A stretch of DNA of 64,000 nucleotides, taken from positions 1,612,001 through 1,676,000 of the forward strand of contig JAWMAR010000430.1 of the NCBI GenBank assembly GCA_036785375.1, in the 5' to 3' direction. Source of the stretch: Leucoraja ocellata (Eukaryota). The notes below the pieces were generated by a model. That model saw only the letters and a list, made by a program, of their open reading frames with translations, was not told where the DNA came from and made no database searches. Within the stretch, counting starts at the first letter, position 1, and every line of letters starts with the position of its first letter. This document shows, one piece after another, positions 25,640 through 38,832 of this stretch. The position numbers and the translations under genes were made by a program.

Positions 25640-27620
25640 TCCAAGTGAGACCTCACCAATGTCTGAAACAACTATATCATGACCTCTCAACTTCTATACT
25701 CAATACTCTGACTCATTAAGGCCAATGTGCTGAAAGGCTTCTTGACCACCATATGTACAATGTACTTCCACATCACCCTCCATGAAGCCAATGTTCTATC
25801 CAGCCATCTAGCTCTCCTTGGATCCCATGCAATCTAATCTTCCAGACAGCCTACTGTACGGAACCTTGTCAGATGTTTTTGCTGAAATCCATATACTGTA
25901 TACAACGTCTACAGCTCTGCCCTCATCAACATTTTTGGCCACTTCTTCAAAAAACAAAGATTTGTGAGACACGATCTCCCATGTACAAAACCATGCTGAC
26001 TATTCCTTATCAGCCCCTACCTATCTAAATGCATGTACATCTTATCCCTTAGAGTACTCTCTCATAACTTTCTGACAACTGATGTTAGACTCAATGGTCT
26101 GTAGTTCCCAGGCTTTTCCCTGCAGCCCTTCTTAAATAGAGACACAACATTTTCCACCCACGAATCTTCCGACACCTCATCTGTATTTAATGATGACTTA
26201 TAAATCTCAGCCGGTTCACCTGCATTTACTCTCTAGCTTCCCACATTGTCCTCGGATATATCTGGAGATTTATCCACCTTCATACGTGGTACAACATTCA
26301 GCACCTCCTTGCCATAATATTGACTGCCCTCATTGTCTGCCCCAAGTTTCCTGGCCCTCGGGTCTTTCTCTATGGTAAAAACAGGGAAGAAATACTCATT
26401 AAGGACCTTGTCCATCTTCCATGGCTTCACACAGAGTTGACCACTTTGATTCATAAAGGGGCTGTCCCACTGCGGCGACCTAATCTGCGAGTTAAGAAGA
26501 ATATTTTCGACCTTCAAGCTCGAGGGCACTCGCCTGGAAAACCTCGAGCTGGATCGACCGTCAGCGTTGAAACCGTGAGCTGGATCGACTGACCTCACAC
26601 ACACACACAAAAACACATCGCAAAGGCGGGGGCCAGGGAAAGCGGGGGACGCTGTCTGAAATTCACACCCGCGATGAAGAGGAAGGTAAAAGACGGCTGT
26701 ACAGTGTACAGTAAGTCCTTTAGAGAGTGGGGGGGGGGGGGGGGGGGGGGGGAGAGAAGGGGAGAAGGGGGTAGAGAAGGAGTGGAGAAACTTTTAAAAA
26801 GTATAATAAAGTTTAGCGGGCATTTTACCTACCGGTCGGTTTTCCTTGGTCCTGAAAACTCCAATGAGCCAATTAAAAATCCCCGGTCAGCGAAGGAGAT
26901 TGCCTACGGCTGCTGTCGACTGCCTGTAACTAAATAGCGACCCCACTCCACTGCACTATGAGTTAAAAAGAACCATGCCGACCACATTTTACTCGCGAAA
27001 AATTTTTCAACATGCTGAAAACTTTTCCGCGACCTAGCTGAGGCCGCGAGTATGCAGGAACTTCCCCTGAGCATGGAGAGTTCCAGTGACCTCATAGGAC
27101 CTCCTAGGACCACATGTCGACCATGCTGTGAGTTTGAGTCGAGGGCAAACTACTAAACTCACAGATTAGGTCCCCGCAGTAGGACAGCCCCTTGAGGGGC
27201 ACCATTCTCTCTCTGGTTACCCATTTTCTCTTAATATATTTCTAAAATCTATCCTTAATATTATTTGCCAAAGCTATCTCCGTCCCCTTTTTGCTCCCGA
27301 TTTCCATTTTTTGTTTGCTCCTTAGTTCCCCAAACTTCTCCCGGGATACATTTGACTCTAGCTGCCTATACCTGCTCCACTCCTCCTCCTTATTCTTGAC
27401 CGGAGCTTCAATTTCACTCATCATCCAAGCTTCCTTACATTCATCTGCTTTGCCCTTCACTCTAACAGGAACATGCAGGTCCTAGACTCTTGTCGGCATT
27501 CTTTGAAAAACATCTCACTCTCTGGACGTTCCTTTTCCTTCAAACCATCTGCTAGAATCAACTTGAACAAAGTCTAATACGTTCAAAGTTGGCCCTACCC
27601 CAATTTAGAAATTTAACTCG
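25640..27620 (-). mobile_element. CR1-type LINE ORF2 remnant, interrupted by a Harbinger-type element
   Basis: Minus-strand peptides MDKVLNEYFFPVFTIEKD and VDKSP, plus the reverse complement of the QHGF and DFSK..DKVP motifs at about 25860-26000. Confidence 0.75.
26457..27192. mobile_element. Non-autonomous Harbinger-type element inserted in a CR1 LINE
   Basis: 37-bp TIRs AGGGGCTGTCCCACTGCGGCGACCTAATCTGCGAGTT and AACTCACAGATTAGGTCCCCGCAGTAGGACAGCCCCT. Flanks are TAA and TGA. Confidence 0.8.
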
Positions 27621-30129
27621 TGAGCTCATAGTCCTGAAACAATGCGTTTTTATTAGTAGCCTCTCCAACTAGAGATTGTCCAAATGTAAGAAGAAGCCCT
27701 GGTCTTTATCTTTTAGGATTGTTTGGCTTTCAGCCTTTATTTGTACATTTAAATTCCATTTACTAATTTTCTTCTGTTTTTCTTGTCAAGTTTCCAACAT
27801 TTTTCACACAGTTTCCTCCTCAAAACACCGACTTCAGAGAAGTGGGGTGGTGGGTGGAGGTGGTTGTGCAGGCTGATGAGACAAAAATGTCATTACTTGA
27901 CAATTGGAGCTAGGAAATGTTTTATTCTGGGTTCACAAAGTTCAATACCATATGGACTGAACAGTAGGAGAAGGAAAATGATTGATTACAAGTAGCTGGA
28001 GGAAGTTGAACATTATCCTGATAGCAAATTAAGCAAATGTCATTTGGGATTTTGCTGCTGAAGTACACTGTGCAGCAACACCTACTTCTTTGTTGAAATG
28101 GGTTGTGAAATACACTGGCCTTTCCCTGATTATTTTATTCTGCCTATTCACTGGAATTGTGTTAGAGCATATTTAATGATAGCAGAAAATTGATTTTTCG
28201 CATTGGTCGCTAAGAATAAGATTTGCCCATTTCTGAGGAGTTAACAAAATGACAATGATGTCTGTTACTGTTAATTTGAACATCCTCAAATAATGTTATT
28301 TTTAGTATTTTATTCACTGGAAAAGTGTTTTTTTATTAATATGTGACCAGCTATTAGAATGAACATTAATTCATGCAAAATAATCCTTTGTTTTGTTAAC
28401 TATTGCTTTGATTTTTGTGGTATTACTTTCTAAGGAGGACAATTAATAATATATTGTTTCTTTTCTGACTGTGTCAAAACCTAACTGTGCACAACATTGA
28501 AGCATTCTAACTGACAGCAATATGTCATTTGTTACAAACATTTAATCTATAAATCTCACATTCTGCAACATTTTAAAATTGTGTAGTTTTCATTGAATAT
28601 GAATTCCAACGGTAGCAATGCACATCCTAAGTATATACTAACCTTATAACCGAATAGAATGGCATTCGAAGGCTAATTACTTATGAAGGTACAGAACAAT
28701 CGAGGCTTGCTCAGTAAGAAGACACAAAGGATGATTTATTAATATAACAAAAAGATGCTGACTTGTAATAGAGGCCATAAAAGCTGATTTTAATGGTGTG
28801 GACAAATGAAAAATGGACTGAGTATTACTTAGGGGATATTAACCAGGTTACATATTGCCTTTCAATAGCTTGAATGGCAGAAGTGGAAAAGGTTTGTTTG
28901 AATTATAATTATCCTATTAGACTGGACTGGAAATTGCAGCTTGATTGTAAATTGCCATCTTATGATATTTCAAGAATTCAGTAAAATAAATAATTGTAAG
29001 GTAACTTCCTGCTGTACCTAAACATTTTGGAAAGAATGCCCAGAATTCACTGTGACCCGAACCAGACTACTTCCCTTTTACATCCCTCCTTCCCTACTAC
29101 TTCCCTACTACTTCCCTACCCCCTCCACCCCCCTCTCCCCCTCCCCCCCAGACATAGACACATACACTCTCCCAAATCACCACACCGACTTTCCAATGCC
29201 TTCTATTTGTTGCAAATCTGGAGTGTAATGAAATATTCTCTTCTACATTTCCAACAATTCCCCAAGGAGTTTATCACTCTTCAGATGAAACAACCTGCCT
29301 AGAGACATCCGATTCATTAACTAAAACCTCATTGTGTTATTTCTTGTACGATATCACCTGCAAATCTCAGTGCATCTGAAGGAATATATATCATTGTTCC
29401 TTCATCAACATGTGGCCTAAATCCTGCCGTGCTGGCCAACAGCACTGTGGGAGTAGTTTCAGCACAAGCATTCCAACATTCACAATGGCTCACTGCCACA
29501 AGCTGAAGGGAAACTGGGGATGGGCATTAAATGCAGACCTCACTCGCAATGTGCACATCCTTCAAGAGAACAAACACTGGTTAACTCGCTGAATGTCCAT
29601 CAGTTTCTGTATTACAATTCCTGATAATATCATTTATAGATTTTATGTTGAGGCATCTATTAATATAATTTCATACTTCATGACATACAGATTGATGCAT
29701 TAGAACAAAACCTTCTTAAAAAGTTGTGAGACCTAATACATTCCAACAAAATGCTATGTTATTCCCAAAATGAAACTTCATAACATGTTTGTGATCTTTC
29801 TGATTATATACAAAATATCTAGATTCTTCCCACACTTGCGCATGACATAAAAATGTTAATTTTTTCTCTATAAAATGACCAAGAGCTTACTTTCAGATTG
29901 GCAGTACCTGTACTTTTATTATTTATATTTTATTGAAGCAAAAAGATGGTACTCTTGACATGACTGAATGATTAGCGGGGGCTAAAACTACTTTAATTTG
30001 ATACATGCAGATAATGTTCAGTGTAACATTGTCATTTTCTCACCTATATGTGATTCTTTATTACTGAGGTTTTTTTTCTCAATTGCTAATTAACCCAAAC
30101 CATATCTTATTTACTTCGGCCAAGCTGAG

Positions 30130-30770
30130 AAATAGAATTAGGAGCAAGCCTCAAAGCTGCTCGGCCTTTCAAAATGATCACAGTTTCAACTCCATTTTAC
30201 TGCCCTGTCCTGAGATCCCTTGATTACTTGTAATGTCTAGTAATTTAATCTCAGTTTTGAATGTTTTTTGAAGTTTTGGTTCCCAGATGACCACAGTGGA
30301 GGATTTTTTTTAAATCAACGCTACCTGAGGGAAGACTTTCTCCTCATTCAGTCCTAAATGGACTAAGTTTCGGACTAATCCCCAGTTGTAGACTTCCCTG
30401 CCAGGGAAATTATCTTCCCTGCATCCATCCTGCCAAGGGTTCTAAAAGAATGGAGACCCTGCCTACTTAATCTCTCTTCATGTGTCAAACCTATTCCGCA
30501 GGGACCAGCCTGGTGAATCTCTGTTGCATTTCTTCTACAGCAGTAAGAAGACAAAAACATTGCACAATACTTCAGGAATGAACTCAGCAATATCCTATAT
30601 AATTGTAGTAAGATTTCTTTACCCTTGTACACAAATCCTCTTGCAATAAAGACCAACTAACCATTTGCCTTACCAACTACGTGCTTCCCTGTTAGTTTTG
30701 CGTGACTTTCTCTATAAGAATGACAAGATCCCTTTGAATATTAATATTTCCCAATTCCTCCCCATTAAAA
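30130..30770 (-). mobile_element. CR1-type LINE 3' remnant
   Basis: ORF 30375..30656 FIARGFVYKGKEILLQLYRIL...LKYC...EERLSRQGLHS. Confidence 0.7.
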
Positions 30771-30859
30771 ACAATGATATGATATGGTATTGATATTAAA
30801 AGTATTCAGATACTTGTATGTTATCTAATTTTGAAAATTCAACCTTCTCCTCTATATGT

Positions 30860-31480
30860 CTTTTTCTTTGGTAGTCCTTTGAGATTGAGAACGATTTGCT
30901 TCAGGTCTCTGGGGTCTGAGGTGATTTGTGAAGGCCACTGTGGGAAAGCAGACACTTTCACTTATGCTGGAGAAGATGGCTGGTGGTATGGATATGTTGT
31001 GCAAAGGTCTGCTCTTTCCACTGCACTCACTGGTGTACTCCAAATCCATGGTCGTCTTCTTCTTTCGTGTGGCCTAAAGCTGTAGGACAACTTGTTCTAT
31101 TTGATCTTCCGTTTGTGCACGTCGAGTTGATTGCATTAGTCGAAACAGGGCGGACCACGTGAAGGTTGCAATCTTCCACCCCAAATCCATGGTCTCAGGT
31201 CCCGAATACCATCCCTAAGGCTTAAGTGGTTACTGGCTAGTGGTACAAGGAGTATTAATGTGACACTTCAAGTAAGTGTCGAAGACTTCCTTGAATAATT
31301 TTTCCCTTTCTACCCAGTAATGTCCTCCCATTATCGAGCTCGGAACAGATCATCTGTTTCGAGGATCAGCTGGCGAGCCCACAACAACATAGCCTCCCCA
31401 ATCTAATTAACTGAGAGTAATTAGGGCCTCATTGCTAGTGAGAGGACATTGACATAGGTTTGCTGATACTTCCAATTAAT
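30860..31480 (-). mobile_element. Decayed LINE remnant, probably RTE clade
   Basis: Minus-strand ORF 30852..31049 ...SESVCFPTVAFTNHLR resembles the zinc-finger-like C-terminus of RTE ORFs. Heavily decayed. Confidence 0.4.
31054..31180 (-). mobile_element. 127-bp retroposed element with GAA-type tail and 14-bp TSD
   Basis: CCAAATCCATGGTC at 31040-31053 and 31181-31194. The minus strand ends ...CACACGAAAGAAGAAGAC. Confidence 0.7.
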
Positions 31481-31775
31481 TGATGTAAGGCAGTAGTTAA
31501 ATTACAAAACTAATAGTCCAGAGGCCCGGGCTGGTTTAGAGACTAATTTAGAGACTTACGTTCAAATCCCACCATTGCAGCTTACACAAGCATGCTCATT
31601 AGTAAGATTGTTGTAAAACTAATCATCTTCAATGAAGAAAATCTGCCACACTGGGTCAATTCCACGATCTGCCACTCCAGGTCCCCTAAAATGGCAGACC
31701 TGTAAATTTCATTCCGACTCTCCCTAGCAAACCACCCTCTTCTGGATATTTATGGATATCCAAAAAATACCAGCA

Positions 31776-32005
31776 TTATAAGAAATTCATTCCACCTTTT
31801 CTGTTTTTTTGATATTTGTAATTCTTTTTTCTCTCTTCTCTCTCTTTCTATCTATATAAAAAAAAAACCCTAGAAGCAGAATTAATCGACAATTGAAAAT
31901 TTTAATAATGTATGATTGATATATATGAAAAGTTTTTTTTACTATAATATGTAACTATACTTTATAATATGTTTGCTTCTAATAAAAATATATTTTTTTA
32001 AAATA
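31776..32005 (+). mobile_element. 5'-truncated L1/Tx1-like 3' end with A-rich tail and TSD
   Basis: AAAAAATACCAGCA at 31762-31775 and 32006-32019. AATAAA followed by an A-rich tail at the 3' end. Confidence 0.55.
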
Positions 32006-33300
32006 AAAAAATACCAGCAATGCCTACCTATATCCATAGAAAACAGTAAATATAAAGAAAAGAGTAAGAAGTTTAAATCTTGCAATGTTTTTCTGTTTTG
32101 TGAAACAGGGTGAAAATGTTTTCAGAATGAAAATAGTTCTAAAATTAGGGTAGAAACTGTGAAAAGGTCACATATGATAGAAGATGGCTGCATTATAAGT
32201 GGTCCATAGACTCATAGCCACTGATAAACCTCCGTAGTATGAGCGGCCATCTCATTCTGATCTTTCTCACTATCGTTGAATCAGGTTATTGACACCATGG
32301 GAGCCAACATTAAAAAAATGATTATAGCTATTTTGAAAAGTACAATGTTATTTACAAATACACAAGATCAAAATAATAGATTATTCTGAGGCTGAAGTAA
32401 TAAGATACACTGCCATCTATTTGCTAACCGATACTGGATTATACTTAGAAATCTATTTTATAAATGGAATGTATTTCACACATTGATAACCTTTTATTAT
32501 GTTACAGGAAATAAAAGTGTGGATTTAAAACTACCATGTGACTCACTGCAGACCTGGGTGACCTTAATGAACAACATAAGTACCAATCTATTTTAATCTA
32601 ATTTATTATCAGAATGCTTTGTTGGTACTGTTGGAGAATTTATCGCTATGAAGCACTTTGGGTCATTGAATACCATAGCAGTACTAATTATTGATAATAT
32701 TGGATTGGATATCAATTCCACGATATGACATTACTTTTTCTTAATACTAACCAAGCACATTGAACCAAGCAGTATTATCGGTTTGCGTAGTATTTATTCA
32801 TCCAGATACAAATTGAACCTACGGATGATCACTAAAAAACAAATGAATATGCCTGAGTACAATGATCACAGCTATTTACGTACACAATGATTTCTGAGCG
32901 CCAAATATGTGATTCTGTGTTCTGAGAGTCACTCCACAATACCCGCCATTCTTCATTCTTGCTCCTGAATCTTTCAGCAAACTCCTATAATCTACAAATT
33001 TATTATCCAAGTGCAATCTATCCTCATTTAGTGAACATAACATTTTTTAATAATAAAAACACAAGGCTGGAGATGTGGAGATTTTGTACATAAAATGTTC
33101 ATGCTATGTAGAAATGACAGAACGCATATGTTTAAAGATGGAACCACATCTTCAAATTAATAATGTTTAGATATTTATTGTTTTTTTGTTAATCTGTAAA
33201 CCTATACAAAATGAATTACTGGATACATTTCTGCTTTGAAATTTTACAATAGGAACATCTGAAAAACAAAAAAAACAGATTTCCAGTCTGAACATTGTTT

Positions 33301-33426
33301 ATAGACAATAGACAATAAACAATGGGTGCAGGAGAAGGCCATTCGGCCCTTTGAGCCAGCACTGCCATTCACTGTGATCATGGATGATCATCCCCAATCA
33401 GTACCCCGTTCCTGCCTTCTCCCCAT
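33301..33426 (-). mobile_element. CR1-type LINE 3' terminal fragment
   Basis: (AGACAAT)n tail followed by GGTGCAGGAGAAGGCCATTCGGCCC. Similar short ends occur at about 54965-55040 (-) and 59780-59840 (+). Confidence 0.65.
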
Positions 33427-35039
33427 ATAATATATCATACATATCATTATATCATACATCTGGGTAGCACTGGGAGTAATTTGTTTAATCCTGACACTAA
33501 AGTATTGTTCAGACATAATGCATCTCAAGTGCAATCTCCACACTTTAAAAAGCACTTTGTTTTTGTCACTTTCTCGTTATCACCATTTGTATGAATTTGA
33601 CCTAGGTTGAAAAGCATTGATATCAGTGATGCTAATTCACCTATGAGCATTAAAATCCAATCTAACACTCTCCCATTTTAATTAAATTTGTCATAAACCT
33701 ATATAATTGGGTCTCTTGCCTATTCAACTGCATGCAATTGCTAAACTGTATAAAGACAATGGCAATTTGAACATGTGTACTGCACAGAGATGTTATGTTG
33801 AAAGAAGTTACCACCATTGCACACAGGATGGATGTTGCACTTATTTGACTTCCTTCTTTGTTTGTAATTCTTTAACGTGACCGCATGATCAGGGTTTAGA
33901 GAAATCTGTCTTAAATATTGAAGGAATTGTGGAAAAGAAAAAGTCTTCAGAAAACAAGATCGATTCCAGAATTTTCAAATGGACAGCAAAGTAATCTATG
34001 CTGGTTATTTAGCTATATTTCCTTCACTTGTATCATACCGCAAAGAACAATTGATGTGAGAATATTACCTTTCAGAAGTTACTTTCTTTGTCAAATACAG
34101 TTCTGAGAATGTATCACCAACAGTTTATTTATTATCTTTCTCCCAGGACCAGACATTATGGGAGCACCGTCACCACGAAACCCACCACTAGCTTTTCAAG
34201 GCAACTATGTTAACTATGGTTAGGCTGTTAACAGGAACACCCCAAGAACAAAAAAAAAATGTGCTGGCGTTGTGTAAGAAAGGTGACTTTTACTTGAGTG
34301 GATGGAGCTCTCAATTTTGTAATTCACTTTGGTCTCATATAACTGCCTGAAAGCTGGCATCATGCCTGATGTAAGCCACATTAATACACAATTTCCTCCC
34401 TCATAACTTATCTCGACCAAGTGCCGACTAAATTACGTCACAATATAATGCACATTTTCTACTCGGTGTGAAAAGGATAGATTTCAAGTTGGTCCTAACA
34501 TCTTGCTATTTTTTTAAGCAGTGAAGGAATCAACAAAGATTTCATGAATATATCAGGTAAGAGTTTGTTACTTTAAGAGGACTTGCAGGTAGGTAATTAA
34601 TTTAAAAACACAACTGTAACCAACCCACTTTAAATAAAAATCTGTTGATTTGTTACTTTGTCTTTTAGTGGTGTCTGGTAGTGTTAAAATAACTACGTTT
34701 AAAAAAAAAAATTTAATTTTTTATTTTCTCAAAAATAATGTATGTTACTGAAATATTTCGTGTTTTTACAAAGTTGAATTTTTATTTCCATTGGGCATGA
34801 AATTTGTATTGATCGCCAAGGATAATGCTCCTCATGATATGAAAGAGTCATTTAATCAGCAGATTCGCCACAGGGAATCCTCCCAATGGTTTCAACAAGT
34901 TCCTGCAGGGGAGATTGGAGAGGTGTTATTCTTTCAATCTATCACCACTCACCATCAATTACAACATCTATTCCAATATTCCACTGATGGTAAAGACAGC
35001 AGCATCACTGGAACATAGAACAAATAAAGCACCATTGAG

Positions 35040-35365
35040 CAGTGCAGCACAGGAACAGGCCCTTCGGCCCACAATGTCTGTACCGAACATGATGCTATAA
35101 TCAACTAATCTCCTCTGCCTGTATGTGATCCATACCCCTCCATTCCCTGCATATCCATGTATATATCTAAAAGCCTCTTAAATGCCACGATCCTGTCTGC
35201 ATCACCCCTGGCAGCACGGCCCAGGTACCCACCTATCCTCTGGGGATAAAAAACCTGCCCGGTACATCTTCTTTGAACTTTGAACTTACCCCCTAGTCTT
35301 TGACATTTCCATCCTGAAGCGAAAGGTTCTGAAAGTCTACCCAATCCATGCCTTTCATAATTTCT
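35040..35365 (-). mobile_element. CR1-type LINE 3' fragment
   Basis: ORF 35105..35344 ends IVAFKRLLDIYMDMQGMEGYG. Contains the CAGGCCCTTCGGCCCAC terminal motif. Confidence 0.7.
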
Positions 35366-36499
35366 TGTTCAGAGTAAAAATTGTGCATCACTGGTTAGTG
35401 GGACTCAATGGTTAATTTCAATGGGAATAGACACAGTAATCAGTAAGAGCAATATTGTACAGTCAGCATTTTAAAGTTTTAAATGTCATGAATCTAAAGC
35501 TGTGGAAACCTCTCTTCTAATGATGGGATGTATACATTCACAGTCCTTCCATCATGTGATTAACTGGGAGTGTAAAAGCTCCCTTACATCTGTTCCCTTG
35601 TTTACTCCTAGTCACTGAGTGCTTTGTCACATATGTCACACATAACTGCACTGCCGCTCATTTGTGACATTCAAACACATTGTGGCAAAGCTTTGGGACC
35701 CAGATTCAAGTTCAGTTTGAAAAGAGGGCAACAGCTGCTATAATTTATCACTGGATCTAGAGTTTGAAGCCTTGATTTAGTAGCTTGCAGAACAGCCTGA
35801 AGAAGTCTGAACTTAATGCCTCCTTAAGGTGATTATTCACACTTTCATGGCAAAAGGTTTTCCACTGTCAGACTTTAATACTCTTGGTTATTTCATTCTA
35901 TTCAGCTGATAGTTATACATTTTGTTAATACATTATTACATTATTTTCTGAACTAAACATCTCTGAGCAACGGTTGGTCTAGCCGTCAAGAAGCCTGTTC
36001 TGCACAATCTCCGAAGTGACCCAGTGAAGACTCACTTCTACGCACAGCTCTAGATTGCTTTCTCAATGGACATTAGCAGATCGCAGGCAGCAGATTGTCT
36101 GATTACTTTGAGCCGCAGATTAGTACGTTAACAGGCGAGGAATACAAGGATTAAGAGTATATATCCAGGTAGAATAATGAGAAATAATGTCATCCTGCAA
36201 GTTGCTGTTATTACAACATGACAAAAAAATCTCAGTAATACAAATATACTACAAATATAACTGTTCCAGGCAGGTAATTTAATTATTTACGGTGGATTCA
36301 CACGCTACAAGTTCAAGGACAGGTACATGGATTTAGGTACAGGGAAGATTTAGCGGGATATGGGGCAAATGCGGGCAGGTGGTGTAGATGGGGCATCTTG
36401 ATCAGCATGGATGAGTTGGGCTGAAGGGCCTGTTTCCATGCTGTTATAACTTTATGACTCTAAGTTTAATATTAGTGTGCAGCCTGAACTAAATATTGT

Positions 36500-36655
36500 A
36501 GAAACAAAGAACTACAGATGTTGGTTAATACACAAACTAACACAAAGTGATGGAGTAACTCAGCAGGTCAGCCAGCATCTCTGGAGAATATGGATAGACC
36601 AGTAACGTCACCTATCCATGTTCTCCAGAGATGTTGCTAGACCTGCTGAGTTTCT
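36500..36655. mobile_element. Penelope-derived short element, inverted pair
   Basis: AACTCAGCAGGTC...CATCTCTGGAGAATATGGATAG is mirrored by CTATCCATGTTCTCCAGAGATG...GACCTGCTGAGTT. Confidence 0.65.
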
Positions 36656-37947
36656 AAACCAAATATCAATGTTTAATCTTGAGATAGAAATCAGAACACA
36701 AGGACTGAAGTGATTTTTAAATAATGTAGGGTGAGACTGTGTCCTTCTGGTTGCCTACATTGAAATGCAGTCTGAATTACACAATTGCTGAAGCGTTAGT
36801 ACAAAGAAAACTTGCTGTTGCATGCGGTCTAAAAATAACAGCTCGGGTTATGTCATGCGCCTGAATTGATACGAACAAAAGACTTTGCTACTGTGCCTTC
36901 TAATCGCTGATAGAACCAAGTAACAAATGCCTGCACTGTATGGTCAATGTTTAATGTGGTAGCTGTATTGTGTGGACCCTCGAAAACGCGATGAAGTGGA
37001 AACTTTTATTAGGCTTGACAGGAAATGACCTTTATCAATAAATGTAATTACACCTGTACACTTACTAATTGATGTGGATATATTTGATGTTAATTACAGT
37101 TAATTAATAAATTGACGATCAGATAAGGCTTTACAAGTATAAAACAAAACGCTGGAGGAACTTAGCTGGTCAGGCAGAATCTGTCTGGAGAAATGGACAG
37201 ATAGCATTTCAAGTTGGGACCCTATTTCAGATGGAGATGGTACAATTTCAAGTGATGTGGACACCTCGAGGAGCTGTTAGTAACATTTCTGAATTTTTCC
37301 TTTATGGTGACCACAATACTTTAAACCAGGTAAGATTGATTTGTGTTATTTAATTCTTGTACTTAACATGACAGTGTTTACTGCTCTACCATTGTTGATA
37401 AATTATCTGCCTACAATCTTCAAATGTTGAGGGATTAAAAAAAACAGGTCAATATAAATCAAAATGCAACCTTATAAATAGACTTCAACTGTCATTATTA
37501 TCAAAGAAATAAAACTGAATTCTGCCATTCTTATTGAAGCATTAAAATGAAGACCCTATTAAATGAAAAGAACGTTTGCTCATACCTTTTGTGCAACACT
37601 GGAAACATCCTTGGAAATGACAAATGGTGAATAAGTGGAGGTTTTCATCAAACCCCCAAGTTTTCAAAAGTACTTCGTATTCGGTTTCTGAAGAACAGTT
37701 ATTATTTTAAACATTGTAGAAATATATAAGCCAAGTGAGATCCCATAAGAAGAAATTTGGTGAAATTGTTAATACATCTGCTTTTAGCCTGGCCAAGTGA
37801 AGTGGGTAGTTGGTTTCAACTCTCATCCATAAAATGGTGCTTCCGGCATTCTTTCAACGCTGCAGTGAAGTTCCAACTGAGATTATATGTTCATAAGGGA
37901 AAAACCAAAAATGTTTATTTCCATGGAAACAGTGCTTCTGGGATCAA

Positions 37948-38067
37948 AGGTAGACACAAAAAGCTGGAGTAACTCAATAGGACAGGCAGAATCTCTGGAG
38001 AGAAGGGAATGGGTGATGTTTCGGGTCGAGACCCTTCTTCAGACTGATTATGTTATTTCCTACACAT
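37948..38067 (-). mobile_element. Penelope-derived short element with 12-bp TSD
   Basis: TTCTGGGATCAA at 37936-37947 and 38068-38079. Carries the hammerhead motif at 38015-38042. Confidence 0.7.
38015..38042 (-). ncRNA. Minimal hammerhead ribozyme motif in a Penelope-derived repeat
   Basis: Reverse complement reads CTGAAGA-A-GGGTC-TC-GACCC-GAAAC-ATC (perfect helix II; ATC is consistent with CpG decay of GTC). Confidence 0.55.
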
Positions 38068-38143
38068 TTCTGGGATCAAGATCACATGATGGTAAATCAG
38101 GGCCTGAGATTGATCATGCTTTTTAAATTATATCCATTATTTT

Positions 38144-38832
38144 AAGTAAGTAAGTAAGTTTATTGGCCAAGTATTCACATACAAGGAATTTGCCTTGGTG
38201 CTCTACCCACAAGTAACAACATGACATATAGTGACAGTTACGAATGACTCAGAAAACACTAAACATTAATAATAATAAAACATTAATGATAAAACACCAT
38301 TGATCAAGCATGTGAACCAACAAAATACCAGATCAAAGGGAGGCTACAGATTTTTGGCTGTTGAGTAGAGCAACTACTCGTGGATGAAAACTGTTTTTAT
38401 GTCTGGCTGTGGCAGCTTTGACAGTCGCCTTCCAGAGGGAAGTGATTTAAAGAGTTTGTGGCCAGGGTGAGAGGGGTCAGAGATGATCTTGGCCGCTTGC
38501 TTCCTGGCCCTTGCAGTGTACAGTTCATCAATGGAGGGAAGGTTGCAGCCAATAATCTTCTCTGCTGATCGGACGATTCGCTGCAGCCTCCAGGTGTCGT
38601 GCTTGGTGGCTGAGCCAAGCCAGACCACGATGGAGAAGGTGAAAACAGACTCTACGATGGCCGTGTAGAATTGGACCATCATTGCCTGTGGCAGATTGTG
38701 CTTCCTCTGTTGTGCCTTTACGACTGTGGCGTCGATGGTAGCCCCCCACTTAAGGTCCTTGGAGATGATGGTTCCCAGGAACTTTAAAGACTCCACAGAT
38801 GTGACTGTGGTGTTGTTGATGGTGAGTGGGGT
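38144..38832 (-). mobile_element. Rex1/Babar-type LINE, 5'-truncated
   Basis: ORF 38374..38913 VESLKFLGTIISKDLKW...KAQQR...FYTAIVESV...LQRIVRSAEKIIG...DPSHPGH...LPSGRR, with an (ACTT)n tail at 38144-38160. Confidence 0.85.

Noticed and set aside
32408-32425. CTCF-like motif (minus strand GCAAATAGATGGCAGTG)
   Set aside because: Two mismatches in the core 5' part. Expected by chance in 64 kb without ChIP or conservation data.
33892-33992. Lys-rich frame GLEKSVLNIEGIVEKKKSSENK as a candidate ATP12A exon 2
   Set aside because: Weak acceptor, the available donor is in the wrong phase, and there is no ELKKE-like motif.
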